Assembly: GCA_025786725.1 (NCBI GenBank)
Contig: JAHLTZ010000004.1
Location: forward strand, 806,001-870,000
Origin: Syncephalis fuscata S228
Lineage: Eukaryota; Fungi; Zoopagomycota
Length of the DNA: 64,000 nt
Direction of reading: 5' to 3'
Positions 35,401-49,405 of the stretch are shown one piece after another; within the stretch, counting starts at the first letter, position 1, and the number at the start of each line of letters is the position of its first letter. Under the pieces are notes generated by a model. The model did not search any database, had not been told where the DNA came from, and was given only the letters and a program-made list of their open reading frames with translations. The position numbers were made by a program, and so were the translations under genes.

Positions 35401-38007
35401 TAGTTAAATTAATAAAAATAACAAACAACTTACCACCAATAAGTGCTAGTAGCAACGAAGTCTTTCCACTGCCTGATGGGCCGGAAATAACATTGAATTC
35501 TTTTGTTTTAAATGCTACATTTAAATCACTTAGCACAAAACCAGACCATTCAGTGGGCGATGCTTCAACAGCATGGTCAGAGGCTGAGCCGTTAGTTGGC
35601 CAACAGAATGACGCATCAGAGAATCCAAGCCAATTGGCATGATTTCTCGTATCTTGATCCACATTTTCATATTTGGGTGGTGCATTTGGCAAAGCAAGGA
35701 ATGTGGTAATACGGCGATTACTGAAGCGGAAATCCATAATCCAGCATGGTGTATTAAGTAGCTGTAGCATAACATCTTTCATCATATAAAATATTAAAAG
35801 TGAGGTGAATGCCACTGTTGCAGTCAATGGCTGGCCTAGAACAAAGGTGTAAAAACCTATAGCTGTGCAAGTGCCAGCAATTGATGTTCCTCGAGATAGA
35901 ACAAATATAATGGTGTGCAGTAACTGTCGGCGCCATAAATATTTCATTTCTGTATTGCGTACATCGGCCACTTGTGTCAGAAACTGTGACTCCCATGATA
36001 GTAATTTAATAATACGTATAGAATTAAGTACCTATATAATAATGCATCATTAGCAATATAGTTTACATCAATAATTTATATCCTGTATTCTACTTACCTC
36101 ACCCACTGCCGATACACGTCGCTCAGTAGTATCGGGAAGACTACCGTAAGCTAAGCGAGATAGTTTATCTAAAATTCTTACAATACCAAACGTAACAAGA
36201 ATGGCGAATATACCCGCTAATATGGCCGTGCCAATAAGTTTTGACAGTAAAATGACCGCCAATACCACTTGAACCACACCGCCAATACGTGTATGAAGCG
36301 TTTTAAATGCTTCTGAAATAGTTTGCACATCCATTTCAAATAGATTGTGGGTATTGTATAACTTTTGATCCATATTTTCGGTATCTGATTCATCTGCTAC
36401 TTTGTCATCTTCAATAGTTGTTTCGTTGCTATCGGCTGCGGTCTTTCCCGCGCGTTTTCCAACCGGTAAACGACGATGCAAATACTTTTCAAGTATCTTG
36501 TGCGAAAGTAATGCTCTGCTACGTAATTTAAGATGCTGCCCAATGAAGCTACTTTGCTGATTGCAAATACTACTAAAAACCATACTGAAGAACAACCCGA
36601 GTACATAAAGCCATGCTTTTGACGTAGAAGCAGTCGTAGGGCGTTCAACATGTTCCAAGAGCAGACTAAGGAAATAAGGCGCAGCGTACATTAATAGACT
36701 ACCTAAAACCGTGTACTGTAGCTGCTTGAATATAGTTTTACGACACAGTGCAATAACATCATGAGCAGCACTAGATCTATCATTATGACTGGCATTAATA
36801 ATGCAAATAATTAAATTAATAAATGATGTATCTAGATGATAAATTATGTAGTTACTTACTTTTGCTTTGCATGCTTTTTAGCAATATTAATTACTTGCGC
36901 ATTACTTGGTATTTCCCACAAATCAAGATCGTCTAAACGACGCTTAAATCCGATCTGCATTAATGGCGTGATCCAGTCAAAGAATAGCCACTCAAGAAAT
37001 GAAGCGGATTTCTCCAATGTTTGTACACGACCGGCACGTGCCTCATTTACAGCACCCCGAGTAGCGAATACACCTAACATAGCAATATGGGCACCAATTG
37101 TGCTTACCACACTACTTTGAAAGGCATAGGTGTGATCTGGTCCATGGAAGTGTAAATAGCGTACAATCAATTCAGTACACACACAGACATAGCCGATAAT
37201 AATCAAAGCAGTCTGATGAATACCAATTTTGAATATACGGGACGTTTTACGGAACCATAGCCTTACAATCGATAGTATTGCAATATATAACTAATAGTCA
37301 TATTAATGTTGCTGTTGCTTTGATTATCTATTTTACTAGCGACTTACCCAAGCTAACGCCCCAATCATATGCCATTGCCAGAATTGTTTAAGAAAATGGC
37401 TTGCTTCACGAGTATAATCATATCCATAAACATCTTGTAGTTTTATAAAGTAAATACTACTCCAGATACTTGCCGACAATACACTAAGACTACCAAACAA
37501 TTTAAGTAAATCGGCAGTTCGTCGTCGACGTCTAGACAATCGACGAATGGCCGTGGATCGGTCTAGTGTCACCCGGATAGTGTGATAGTCAACTACCTCA
37601 GGTATTAGACAAAATGAAGATCCCACTGATTTAACAGAGGAATTCATTGGTTCATTCGTATCATCTTCATTGTCTGCATGGTCGACATCATCCAGCAATT
37701 CCTCATCTATGTAAGCAAGAGCAGGATCCATGGCCAGTCGAGAATAGCCATGATCATGACCATAATAATGACGCCATCCCTGAATCACCAGTAGGGCCAG
37801 GGATATTAGAGCCCCCACCAATACTGGCGTTTCGTAAAGTAACCTAATAAAACATGCACTGTTAATGATATTGATATCAGTATTTACTAAAAAGTAGTTA
37901 CATGAGCGCCAATGCAAGCTGATATTACAATTTAATGATATGACAGGTAATATAGATGGACAGATGGATAGATAGATAGATACAATAATCAACGTTTCAA
38001 TAAACAA
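32492..38007 (-). CDS. ABCC/MRP-family (YBT1/YCF1-like) transporter with degenerate NBDs; start uncertain
   Basis: TMD0-L0-TMD1-NBD1-TMD2-NBD2 layout with FDWITPLMQIG, GPSGSGKTS, SIRDNILF, GRASSGKTT, LFSGTLRSNLDPF and IAHRMRTVIDYDRVMVLDGG. Confidence 0.9.
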
Positions 38008-38445
38008 GAATAAATATTGGATTCAATTGTAGCTATTGTGTTAAATCAACGAATAATCACCACAACAAGAAATAATGACCATTATTGATACGATAGCGTT
38101 AATGAAATAGCAAATGCCAGATGTCTGTGTGCGTGTACATGTGTGCGTGGTCGGACAGAAGGCGAGTACGTCATCTATTGCGTGGATCAAAGGCTTGTAC
38201 GTTTAGAGAGAAATTTTACCATAGGCTTGTACTACCAAAGACAATTGCAGTAGATGACGCGTTCATTTTGGCTAATTTGTTTATTTTAGTAAAAATAAAA
38301 TGGCAATTACCATATTAGCTATTATAGTGAATGACATATAATTGATAAACCATATTTTAATAATAATATAATAATTGTATTAATATTAATGCAAATCAGA
38401 ATGATTGCCGTTATTATTTGCTTTCATCCTCTCCATTCCCGCTTA

Positions 38446-40148
38446 TTAAACGTGAAGAGCTAACAAAGATCGGGCACTGGTTACGGCAATCCAGTCGGGT
38501 CTTGCCCGGGACCATGCCACATTATTGGCCTCGAATGAGTGACTGAACTTGCCCTTGGGCGATACAAGTGGAGTACTAGGCGATGTTGGTGATGTTGCAC
38601 TGTTGGGTAGCTTGCCCGACAATGCTTGTTTAATATCCCAAATAATAATTTGACCATCTTCACCTAATATGATATATAAATGATAAATATAGAGTGCGTT
38701 ATTAGTGTAAAACACTTACCACAAGAACAAAGTGTATATTCTTCTTGAGGTGACCATGTAATACCGGTCAATGGCTCGGTATGCCCTTGTAACTCCACAA
38801 ACGGTGTACCTGGCATGCGTGCATCAAGCACTTGTACAATACTTGATTCCATGTGAAATGTAGCCATATAATTAGCATTCTTTCTATTACAAGCCAATCT
38901 TAATAAAGGTGCTTGTGGATGAAGTTCAGTTGCAGGTGACTCGTAAATAATTGATGAATGATCAAGTGATCTAAAAGTATAATTACATATTATTATTATT
39001 ATTATTATTATTGTTATTGATGTCAATGTTATCATTCATGTTTATTCATCTTACCGTAAATCAAACATACGAACACTACCATCAGCACCAACACTAGCAA
39101 ATATATCGGCTGATCCAGCCACAAATGCCACATCATACACTTCACGATCATGAGCAATAAGTTGTGTTTTAGCTTGTCTTGTCTATAGTCGATTATTGTC
39201 ATCACCACTATTATTATTACTCATAAACTACTAAACACTCACTTCAATATCCCAGACTGTACATGTTGTATCGACACTACAAGTAACAACTAATGACGCT
39301 TTGATCTCACTCCAGTCAAATGAAGTAAGCGGCGCTAACATATCAGATTTCCCCTAATTTTTACATTAAACCATATGACTTGTATTAGACTCTAGCGCTT
39401 ACACTGCATAATTCTGCTTCCATAGTCAATTTGATGTCACCATCCTCGACGTAACGCCATACACGCAGCATATCCGACGTGGTGGCCAACAAACCTCTAC
39501 CATGATCACTCTATATAATATACAATTAACTATCCAGTTGACATATCATCACTTCATACTTACTCGATTGACCTGTCCCATCACTTTAGTAAATGGAAAG
39601 ATCACATCTTCCTCGGCCGCAACAGATAACTCTAGTTGTTGCTGATCATCCTCGCCCGAATTGCTTAGTGATACAATTTGTAGCTGAAATATTATAGCAC
39701 AAGTCATTACACGTTTGTTTCCTTAAATACCAATATGCTTAACTACCTTGTTCGCCCCTGTTTCTTGCAGTGTGCCTACTGCCATATGCAAACTAGGCTG
39801 GACGCTATCCGGTCTATATATTGGCAATTCAGGTAGTACATCCATTGCGTAGAGTATATGAGGAGATGTGTACGAGTAAGGCATGGTAGGCGCGGCCATA
39901 TTGGACATATTGCTCGTCATGGCTGTCGCTATAGATTGCGACGTGTGTCCTAGGATTAGTGACAGCAATAGCAAAGCATTTAAACACGATGAAGATAGTA
40001 AGTAGGTAGTTGGAGAGAAACGCGACCATCAAGTATTGGCCCGTTGGTCTATTAGTCAAATACAAGCTAGTGACCTACCAGTAGATGACGAGTTTAACGC
40101 GCTATGGGGCATGTGTGTGGGCAGTATAGGTTCGTTGTAGCCTGACAT
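38446..40148 (-). CDS. DCAF7: WD40 scaffold DCAF7/WDR68 (AN11/TTG1/YPL247C family), multi-exon
   Basis: Spliced translation [66 protein letters not shown] is the family signature. Confidence 0.92.
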
Positions 40149-40889
40149 GATGCTGCTTCAATAAGTGAATTCAAGTAATAACAAGTATGTATTGTTATGT
40201 GTGTATATATTATACTATATATTTAATGGTCTGCGTGGAAAACAATGTAATTGAACAGTAATAATGATGGTAACAAATTTATTTTATAATCAATAAATAC
40301 AATCAATTTTATATCACTGTCATTAATATTGTGTATAGTATGTAATTATTACTACAGTCTATTAATTAAACAATGGCACTATTTGCTATTTGTTAAAGTC
40401 TTTACTTTGTTGTAATTACTATGGTTTATTATAAATGTCCATACTAGAAATACCAAGAATAAAAGTTATATGGAACAAATAGAGAATCGAAGCTTGCGGT
40501 GATACTAAATGTTAATATATATTCTAGTGAATCTGTGAATCAATTGTAACTTATCAACACAGCTTCAAATACAATGATTCTTTTCAAACTGATTACTTTT
40601 AGCATCCACATGATAGAAGAGTAGCCCCCCGATCTCAATGGCTTATACTATTGTAAAGTATGCAAATGCGTAGTCTTTCAAACACTTTCCTTTTAATGTA
40701 GAATCGATTATGAAGGAAAACGAGAAAATAAATGCCGATGTAGAATCATGAAATTTCTCACACAACTGTGATAGAAATGAAACTGGTCAAAATAATAAAA
40801 AAAAGTTTGCAAATCTGCTATTGACGCTACAAAAAACGGCTGTACTTTGACAATAGAAATGCCTCAGTAAAACTCTATAGAATATTTGT

Positions 40890-42584
40890 TTAGCGCGCAC
40901 GGCCAGCTGTACTTGAAGGAGCAAGTGAGCCGGGCGCACTGTTGGTGATGCCAATGCCACTATCGCGCAAACGAGAAGCAGGTTGCGGCTGCAATTGGTC
41001 TTTACTATTTACAATACTATTAGTGGTAAATACATATCGTTAGTACTTGGCGTTAATAGTAATTGTTTGTGGCATAGCTGACCTAGATAGTCAGCCTGGC
41101 CCAACACCAACCTACGTCTTTTTTGCTGAGGATGTGGCAGTTTCACTACTGGCACTTATGGTATTAGTCGGCTCTTTGACCTGTCATTTTATTGTTATTA
41201 GATAAATATTTACTTATTAATTACTATTATGGTTACAAAAAGTATATACATACCATACTGGCACGATTATCGGCAACACCCTCGGTGATCCATTCGTGCC
41301 GCAGGCCTTCGTCGGGTCGCATTCGTTTAGATGGATCCCAGCATAGACAACGAGCCACAAAGTCAAGGAATCGTTCATCTTGACAGCGAAGTACGTGCCG
41401 CAGCGTTTTACTTGCTGGGCGGCGTTTCTTTGCCTTTGGATCTTGTGGTGGGCGTGGCTGGCCTTTTGAGTCTATATTTAGTGTTAGTGTGTTAAATATG
41501 CATATTAGTATTGATAAAAAAATACTAACCAAAGAATACACTTCGTCGAGAGCATGTTTCCGTAAGATAAATAGGAGGCAGGCCAAGTACTTCCATCATT
41601 AGTGCAAGCTGCTCGTGTTCATCTTCACCAGGGAAAATGGGATAGCCCGTGTAAAGTTCGGCAACGATACAGCCTAAACTCCACATATCTATAGGAATGC
41701 CATAAGCCATGCCTATATAATGGTTGATTAGCATAAATATTGCTTTAATAAATATAAAAATAACTATCAACTTACCTAGAATAACTTCAGGAGACCGATA
41801 GAAACGACTTTGAATATATGTATAAACTAGAATCTATGTTAGTCCTCGGCTATTATCGATAATCAATAGACACCAACCTCGTTCGCTTTCTAAACAACTA
41901 CTACCAAAATCAATCATTTTAATAGCACTTTTAGCTGGATGTTTTAGCAAAATATTCTAAATTTATAATAAACACAGTGAATGATTAGTTATCTTAACAG
42001 TAGTGTTCGATGTTATTGGTATTACCTCTGGCTTAAGATCACAATGGACTACATTGTGTTTACAGAGAAGTGTAAGCGATTGCAACAGCTGTGTGGTGAA
42101 TCGTCGAATAAGTCCAAGAGAAAAGCCACGAAAGTTATTTTGCTTAATAAACTCGTACAGATTAAGTGATAAACATTCAGAAACAATGCATAGATGATTA
42201 CGGAAATAAAAATGATCAGTCAATTTGATGAGATTGTATTCATCGCTGGGGTCCTACAACAAAAAGTGTTATTAATCAACTGTATTCAAACTATATCATT
42301 AGAATACTTACCCATTTACGCAAACATTCTAGAATCTTAACCTCGACCAACGCCTGCGAATGGAATCGCTTTTTATTGCGAATAACCTTAATCGCCACCC
42401 ATTCACCAGTTTTATGGTCACGCGCCCGTACCACCTGACCAAACGAGCCTTGGCCCAATACTTCAGTAATTTGATATCGATACTGCAAATGATCGTGCAT
42501 TCGAATGCGATAATCACCGCGTTCATCATCAAATCCTATAGAATAATTGTATTGATATAACAAGTTAGTAAAGCAATTAACTTA

Positions 42585-42615
<31 letters not shown>

Positions 42616-45164
42616 TGTATATAAGTTATAACATACCAAAATTATGAGCCGTGGTTTGCGCACTACTTGCTTTGGTCGATTTGCGTCCAAAAAAATAAAC
42701 ATTTGGATACTCTAAAACCTCACCACGTTCATATGGTGTCAATTTGTCCGAATAGAATCGTAGCAGCTCTTGTGGTGGCATTGCCTCGCTTGGAATACCA
42801 TCATCGCCAGGTGATGGCACTTCACGTGGTGCAACTGGTGCGTCATTTGTTCGTATTTCGCTAGCTGAGCGGATGTTACGCCGTGTTTTACGTGCAAGTA
42901 CTGAGGCTGCATCGTTTGAATCGTCTGGTATTTGATTACGACCACGCATCTTACTCGATTCGTTGGACGCATTCAAATCAGTTGATGTGAGTGTAGCAGT
43001 AGTAAGCGAGTAAGTGCGGCCAGTGTTAATCGATGCTTTTGCCGCACGTTCAGTATTATCTATGTTTAAAGAGCTACGCAGGCCTGCAGCCACTGCAGAA
43101 CGGACACTGCTGCTAACACCAGTAATTCGACCGAGACTGTCGTCATCTTCCTTCTCCAATAGACGGCCCAACGACTTGCGACGTGTGCCAGAGCGTAAAG
43201 TTCCACCAAGTGAAAGACGACCAGATGATGGGCCCGATACAGCTGGAGTTAATGGATTTTTACCAGATGAAGAAAGTGGATGTAGACCCGATGGTGTAGT
43301 AGGTGATATTTTTGGCGATGAAGTTGACGATGGCCGTGATTTACGTGCACTAAGGGACTGTGTTGCAGCTAGTGTAGACTGTAAACAATATAATAATTAT
43401 TAGTTAGTATATACAACTAGTAATTATGCTATTTTAGCTTATTTTATTGTACTTACCTTTGTACGCGTACTATTGCTGTTAACTGCTGGCTTTGTACGAT
43501 TTGTAGCGTCTGTAAGTGGTCCCGAACGCTTTTTCTTCAACCCAAGAAAACGACTAGCCGCAGCAGCAGCAGGACCTGAGCCACTAGCCGCGACATCTGC
43601 AGCCGTTGAACGCGTTGTTCTTTTGGGAGAAGCAGTCCCGTTACTTGCTGTAGGTGTAACAGAAGTAGCACCACCTAGTGTACTACTAAGACGTGATGAT
43701 AAACTGGGTCGTCGTGCATCACGAGTATAGGTGGGTGAATGCGTTAAACTGCTTCGTCCATCGCGCTTAATTGGTGCAGTCTTTGGAGCACTGGCTGACG
43801 ATGTACTTGAGTTTGTTCCTGTAGTTTTGACAGTCAATCGTGGCCGTGATACTGTAGATGAACGTGATGGCGCAAGTGTCGCATCGCTTATATCTTTAAC
43901 TGATGGGCTGCGACGTGTTACCGGAGCTAGCGAGTGTCCAAGGCTAAGATGGCGGCTATGTCTACCGCCTATGGACCGTGAGCGTGAAACGTCACTTGTA
44001 TTGCGTTCCGTATCACTTGATATTGAAATACCTAGTGTTGATGATAGTCCAGTAGCCGAGTCGTATAGTAACGCTGAGTCTAGATTTGTAGTACTTGGAT
44101 GTTTCATATGGCCAAGTCCAGCGCTACGTGGACCACCACGTATAGATGTTGCTATACCTGTAGAAATACTTGGACGTGTGTTTGTGGACATTGGAATGGT
44201 TGTACCCGATCTATAATATATTATTAACAATGGATTAATAATATAATTTAATATAAACTTGTATTAATACACGTTATATGTTATTACCTTGGTCTTAATA
44301 ATGACGTTTCTTCTTTCTTAGCGGTATCCGAATCGCTATCGTTTTGTCGTGCTTCGCGTTCCTGGCGGCGCAAACGACTATACTGTGACCAAGAGGAAAG
44401 ATTTGATGATGAACCAATAGTTCCAGTACTGGCGGGTGTTGGTGTTATGCTACGTCCGCTTGCTAAAAGAAAGAAAGAAAAGTGATGTGTCAATGTTTGG
44501 CATAATACATACAAAATTGTATAAATCAAAACTTTAGCTGATATGATGCAGATCATGCGACCAGCTCATATGAACACGATATGTGAAAAGTGTACACAAA
44601 TACACACACATTTGATATTGTTGTTGTTGATCAGGTGATTCATATCGAATTACCCGGTCCTATTCACGTGAAATATTTACCTTTTGTATCTTTACTATTA
44701 TACGATGGCAATCGACTCATAGATAATGCTGCAATTCCACTATTTGTGCTGGATATAGACGAAGTGGTAGCATTGGCACCGTTGGCCCGTCGTCGTGCTA
44801 GTAATTGACCAGCAGTACTTGTTCCCGGCGCGGTGGGTGTAACTGAACCATCATCGCCACTTGGATCTGATATGCCAGTTGAGTCGGACAAACTCAAGTC
44901 TGTACGTGACGCACTAAAACGGGCTATTATTACGTGTTAGCTATACACAGATAAATTTGCTCTCAAATACCACTTACCAATGCGCGACCCGCCAATCATA
45001 CTGCCGCCATTAGTAATATTACCTGAAGTCAATGAACGTGTAAGCTTTGAAGTAGTTTGTCCACGTGTTGTTGACTTTGAGCGTGCAGATGAAGGATCTG
45101 TGCCGTTAGACGTCGTCATGCTGTCTTGCAAAGTAGTTGTTGCAGTAGCTGTGGTGCTGCTCAT
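40890..45164 (-). CDS. Class-2 DYRK kinase (DYRK2/Pom1-like) with a long disordered N-terminus; start uncertain
   Basis: NAPA-like [22 protein letters not shown] box [36 protein letters not shown] and [17 protein letters not shown]. Confidence 0.93.
42586..42620. repeat. (TATG)n microsatellite in a DYRK intron
   Basis: About 8-9 perfect units. Confidence 0.9.
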
Positions 45165-47906
45165 TGCCTCGACAGACACTCCAAATAAAATAGCTGTCTT
45201 GGCGATGGAGATGGAGTCGCCTGCAAAATCGATTATGTCAGCCTATTACTACGGAAGAATAAAACAAGTTGGCAATAACAACGATAAAAGTCACGGCAGT
45301 AGTATGAATGGATAATTGTCCAGCTGCCCTTGTACAGTCTGGAATGCAACGTGAATAATATCAGCAATGGCAACAAGGGGTAAACCGCAAATAGCGTTAA
45401 TAAACGCAACTGTCTAATTTGAAAATAACAAATAAATAGATTCAATAATTGTTAGTACAATATTTCTCCTGGAAAAGTGTGCTAGTTTGCGTCGTTTATA
45501 AACAACGATACCAAGCAATGGATATGTTTTGGGATTACAATAGCAAAAAACGATATGCAGATTGCTGCACGTAGAATTTCGACCTTGATTCATGCACAAA
45601 TTATAAATGCCATTTGATGTCAAGTCGAACACCCGACTACTTACACTGAACGATATCCGTCCGGCGGCAGCAATAATGTTGATAACAACAACAATAAACA
45701 CAAAAATCAGATATGCAAATGATGAACAAAGCTGTTGTAGAACAGTTGAAACTAGTAGTAATAGTAATAATAGTGGTAGTAGTGGTAGTAGTGGCGGTGA
45801 TAGTAAGGAGAGATACAACTGCAGCTATAAGAGCGCTATAAAGATAGTAATGCTAGGTAACTGCAAGCAATTGCTGAAAACGATTTAAGCCGGCGACAGT
45901 TTAGAGCGTTTAACAGCGGCCGGTGTATGCAATCAGCGGATAGTAGCGCTCAATGCGTAATAGTTGTTGAACACTGCCGCAGCACTAGAACAATACTGAA
46001 CAGCAGGATGACGCTTTTAACGACGCTGGCGACAACAAGCTGCTGCGTAACAGGTCCCGCTGTAAGCGTACAAAAGCAAGGATAGCAAAGATACGGCAAC
46101 GACAGATGATGCAAAGATGGTAAGTTGCCGACAACGACCTCAGCAACACCAAGTGATGTGGTTTGGAAAAAAGACAGTTGTTATGGCTGGTGGAAATGGC
46201 TCGTGGTGGTGTTTCTATCCGGAGAACAACAACAGTGGCAACGGTAATAGCACTATCGTCATTTCACCAGGTATGGCTGCGTTGGTTGTATGTTGTATCC
46301 GACAAAAGATGTTTAGAGATGGAGTAGAGACGGTGGTTATATAGGATATACTAGCAAACGCAAGGTAAAAAGGGGTAAAGGGAATATGTGTGTGTGTGGT
46401 GTGGTGTGCTGCCAGTCTATCTCTCCTTAAGTGCAAGGAAGTAGAGAATACGAAGAAAAGAGAAAATGCCACTACTGCTGGACAAGGCATACAATGTAGA
46501 ATGAGCAACTACGGCCAAGTCTGCAACATACGTAAAGTATAAGTGTCACTACTGTTGGACAAACAAATAGAGTAGGAGCACAGGAAAGCGCTATATATTC
46601 GCTGACGTTGATTTGTATTTGCTGAATATATTCACGTCGCTAGTTCAAATTAAAAGTGCGCATGCAACAACATATACGTGTATCTATATGGACCAGCCTC
46701 CATATATAACCGCGCAATAATACCAATAGTTTACCTTAGTGTGTCAAGATAATAATAAAATAGGTGTGACTAATAACGAACGAATAGTTGTACATGTAAG
46801 CACATACACAATTACTCTACAAGGTAGAATAAATTAAGGAAAAGAATCAATAATAAACTTGCTCAATAGAGCTACAAAAATGACTATTATTGTGTGCATA
46901 CACGCTTAAACTACGTAAAAGTATAGCGTTACGACAACAGCGATACAGCGAAATGAAATGGAACGAAACTTAATGAAAAGCAAAGGATGGGTGGCACCAA
47001 AATGGACTCCACAATTGATTAATATGAATTCATTAAAACTATAACTTACGCAGATCTTCTATCTAAATCTAGTTAGCTAACGTTTAGATTAACGTCCATT
47101 CGTCTTATGGCAGTGAGTAGCAGACCAAATAAAATAAAATTAGTAGAACTACAACAATCGTTCTAATCAACTAGGACTGCGTTCAAAAAGAAAGAAAATA
47201 TCACTATGCAAAAACGCGTGGCGTTGTGTATTGAAAAGTCCGTAGCTGCAGCTAGTGAACCGCATGGCGCGTGTCTGTGCCTAGTATATCTTTCTTCTTT
47301 CTTTCTCTCTCACCTTTATCCTTTCCTTTCCTTTCCTGCCTGTACTGCTGCTGCTGCTGCTGTTCCCGCTATGCATATGGCATCCAAATAACGAATAGGT
47401 GAAACGGAAAGGAGGACAAGGACAAGTGGACGTGCGGGGTCTCCTGTGAATCCTCGTAACGAATTGGCAGTCTTGAATATAAAACAGCACTATTACTGTG
47501 GCACCATAATAGGATAATAACCGGAGAATTGATTGACTGTGAATATTGCGCACACTATTCAGTATACGTTGGTTTATTTAATACAATACTAAGTTATAAT
47601 TGTAATATAGAAATACGGGATATCATTGTATTTAAATTATAACTGAATAATAACAATCGTTATTTTAAACCCACTCCATAATATAACTTGATATTAATAA
47701 ATTAGTACACAGTTACACTTTAGAAAAAATGTTTTAGATCGGTAACATAAGGACTATGTTTAAATAATTGAGATTATTATACAATATGCCTATTTATTAA
47801 CTAAATCACTAATAGGCAGATATCAACACTGATTGATAATAAAAGACATAAACCATTTATATGATTAATTGTAGCATTATCGCTGCTAAATCTTAATGGC
47901 TACTAT

Positions 47907-49405
47907 TTATCGGTCCTTTCGATGTTCTGGAACATGTTCGCTTTCATAGTCAACATGGACAAATGCTCGTTCCACGTTGGGTAGCGACTCCAATTTCATT
48001 TGAAGCGACTCTCCAACATCGTGACTATAGCGCAAGGTGGTCTCTGGATCCATAACAATGTCAACTTCGACATAGACATTGCTGCCGACATGATAGGCTT
48101 GGGCCGTGTCAACTTCACGAATGGCTTCATGGTGTGTGTAGGCAATGTAAATGACCCATTACAAAAAGGCTGGATCGGCCGCTTTGCCAATAATGAGCTG
48201 AATCTGCTCAAAGGCCGTCGAAGTCCACGAGCGTAGAATTATCAATGCAACAATAATAGCACCCGACGGATCTAGCCACCATGCAATGTGATTTCCTAGT
48301 AAAAACATCAACAAGCCAAATGTATTGACAACAATATCATTACGATGATCCTGAGCAAGAATATCTGCACTAGGATATTTTCGTAATGCATAGCAATAGA
48401 AAAATAGTACCGTTTTTGTAGCTTTTGGGTAGTTAGTAAATTATTTTACGTATCAACTAGTGATAAGCAGCACTTACCAAGAGCTATTAAAACGCATATA
48501 ATACTGGCAGCTGTTAATTCGGTTGATTTTTCGGCAGATACAAATGCACGTATGCTTTCCACCTGGATTGTACAGTTTATAATTAGCACTTTAATAAAAT
48601 ATTGATTATACACTACTTGCCATTAATTGAACAGAAACAGTAGACATAAGTGCTGAGAATACAATAATGCCAATAGTTTCCATACGTGACTTGCCAGTAG
48701 GATATTTATGTAAATTCTCCTTACTGGCCTCATGACCCGCAAGCATGAGTACGACACTCGACAATAGATCCATAAACGCATCAGCCATAGTGGCAAAGAG
48801 TGCTAATGAGCCCGAATCGATAGCTGCATACAGCTGTAGAAGAAATAGAATGATATTAGAACGACTGAGCCGTAGATAGCCACTTGAACACGTCGACTGT
48901 CCAAAGCAGCCTCACGCATTTCATCCTCGGAAAGACCCACTGGTCGCAGCAACTCTTCAATCAATTCGTTCTGCGTTGTATAGAACTCGCCTAGTCGACG
49001 TTTTGATGATATACGTGAGTTGCAAAGTCGCTTAAGCTCTTCATCAGACTTAATGCAGCGACGCAGACCAAGTGGATCAGGTAACGGTTGTGGATGGCCA
49101 TTTGGTTCACCATCAGTTGTAGAACAGGCCATATAGTTGGGGCTTTCAGCCGGTGGTGTTAAAGGCGGCTCATGTAAACTGCTAGTCACCGTATGAATAG
49201 ATGCATTCGAGCCCCCAATTAAACAAGTTGTCTCGTTTGGTGCATTGGCGCCATTCGTAATAACTGAAAGGCCGCGAGATTGAGTGCTTGGCAGATTTGA
49301 GTTATTTGAAGTATGGGACCTAAAAGAATGTACAGATATATTATCTGCAGCGTTCTGTGCTTCTGACGACACCGCTTGATACCGGAAAGCTTCCGAATTA
49401 GGCAT
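47907..49405 (-). pseudogene. Mn-type cation diffusion facilitator (MTP8-11-like), disrupted as assembled
   Basis: ADAFMDLLS (DxxxD), YPTGKSRMETIG, AQDHRND, SHDVGESLQ and ERAFVHVDYE. One base is missing at about 48860 and there is an in-frame TAA at 48161-48159. Confidence 0.85.

Noticed and set aside
43014-45888. Plus-strand ORFs over the DYRK N-terminus and leader
   Set aside because: Antisense shadows of S/T/R-rich coding and triplet-rich sequence.
48159-48161. TAA-to-Gln genetic code reassignment
   Set aside because: Single instance in a gene that also has a frameshift. Conserved genes here (SDH3, TRM112, ASN1) end at TAA and use CAA/CAG for Gln.
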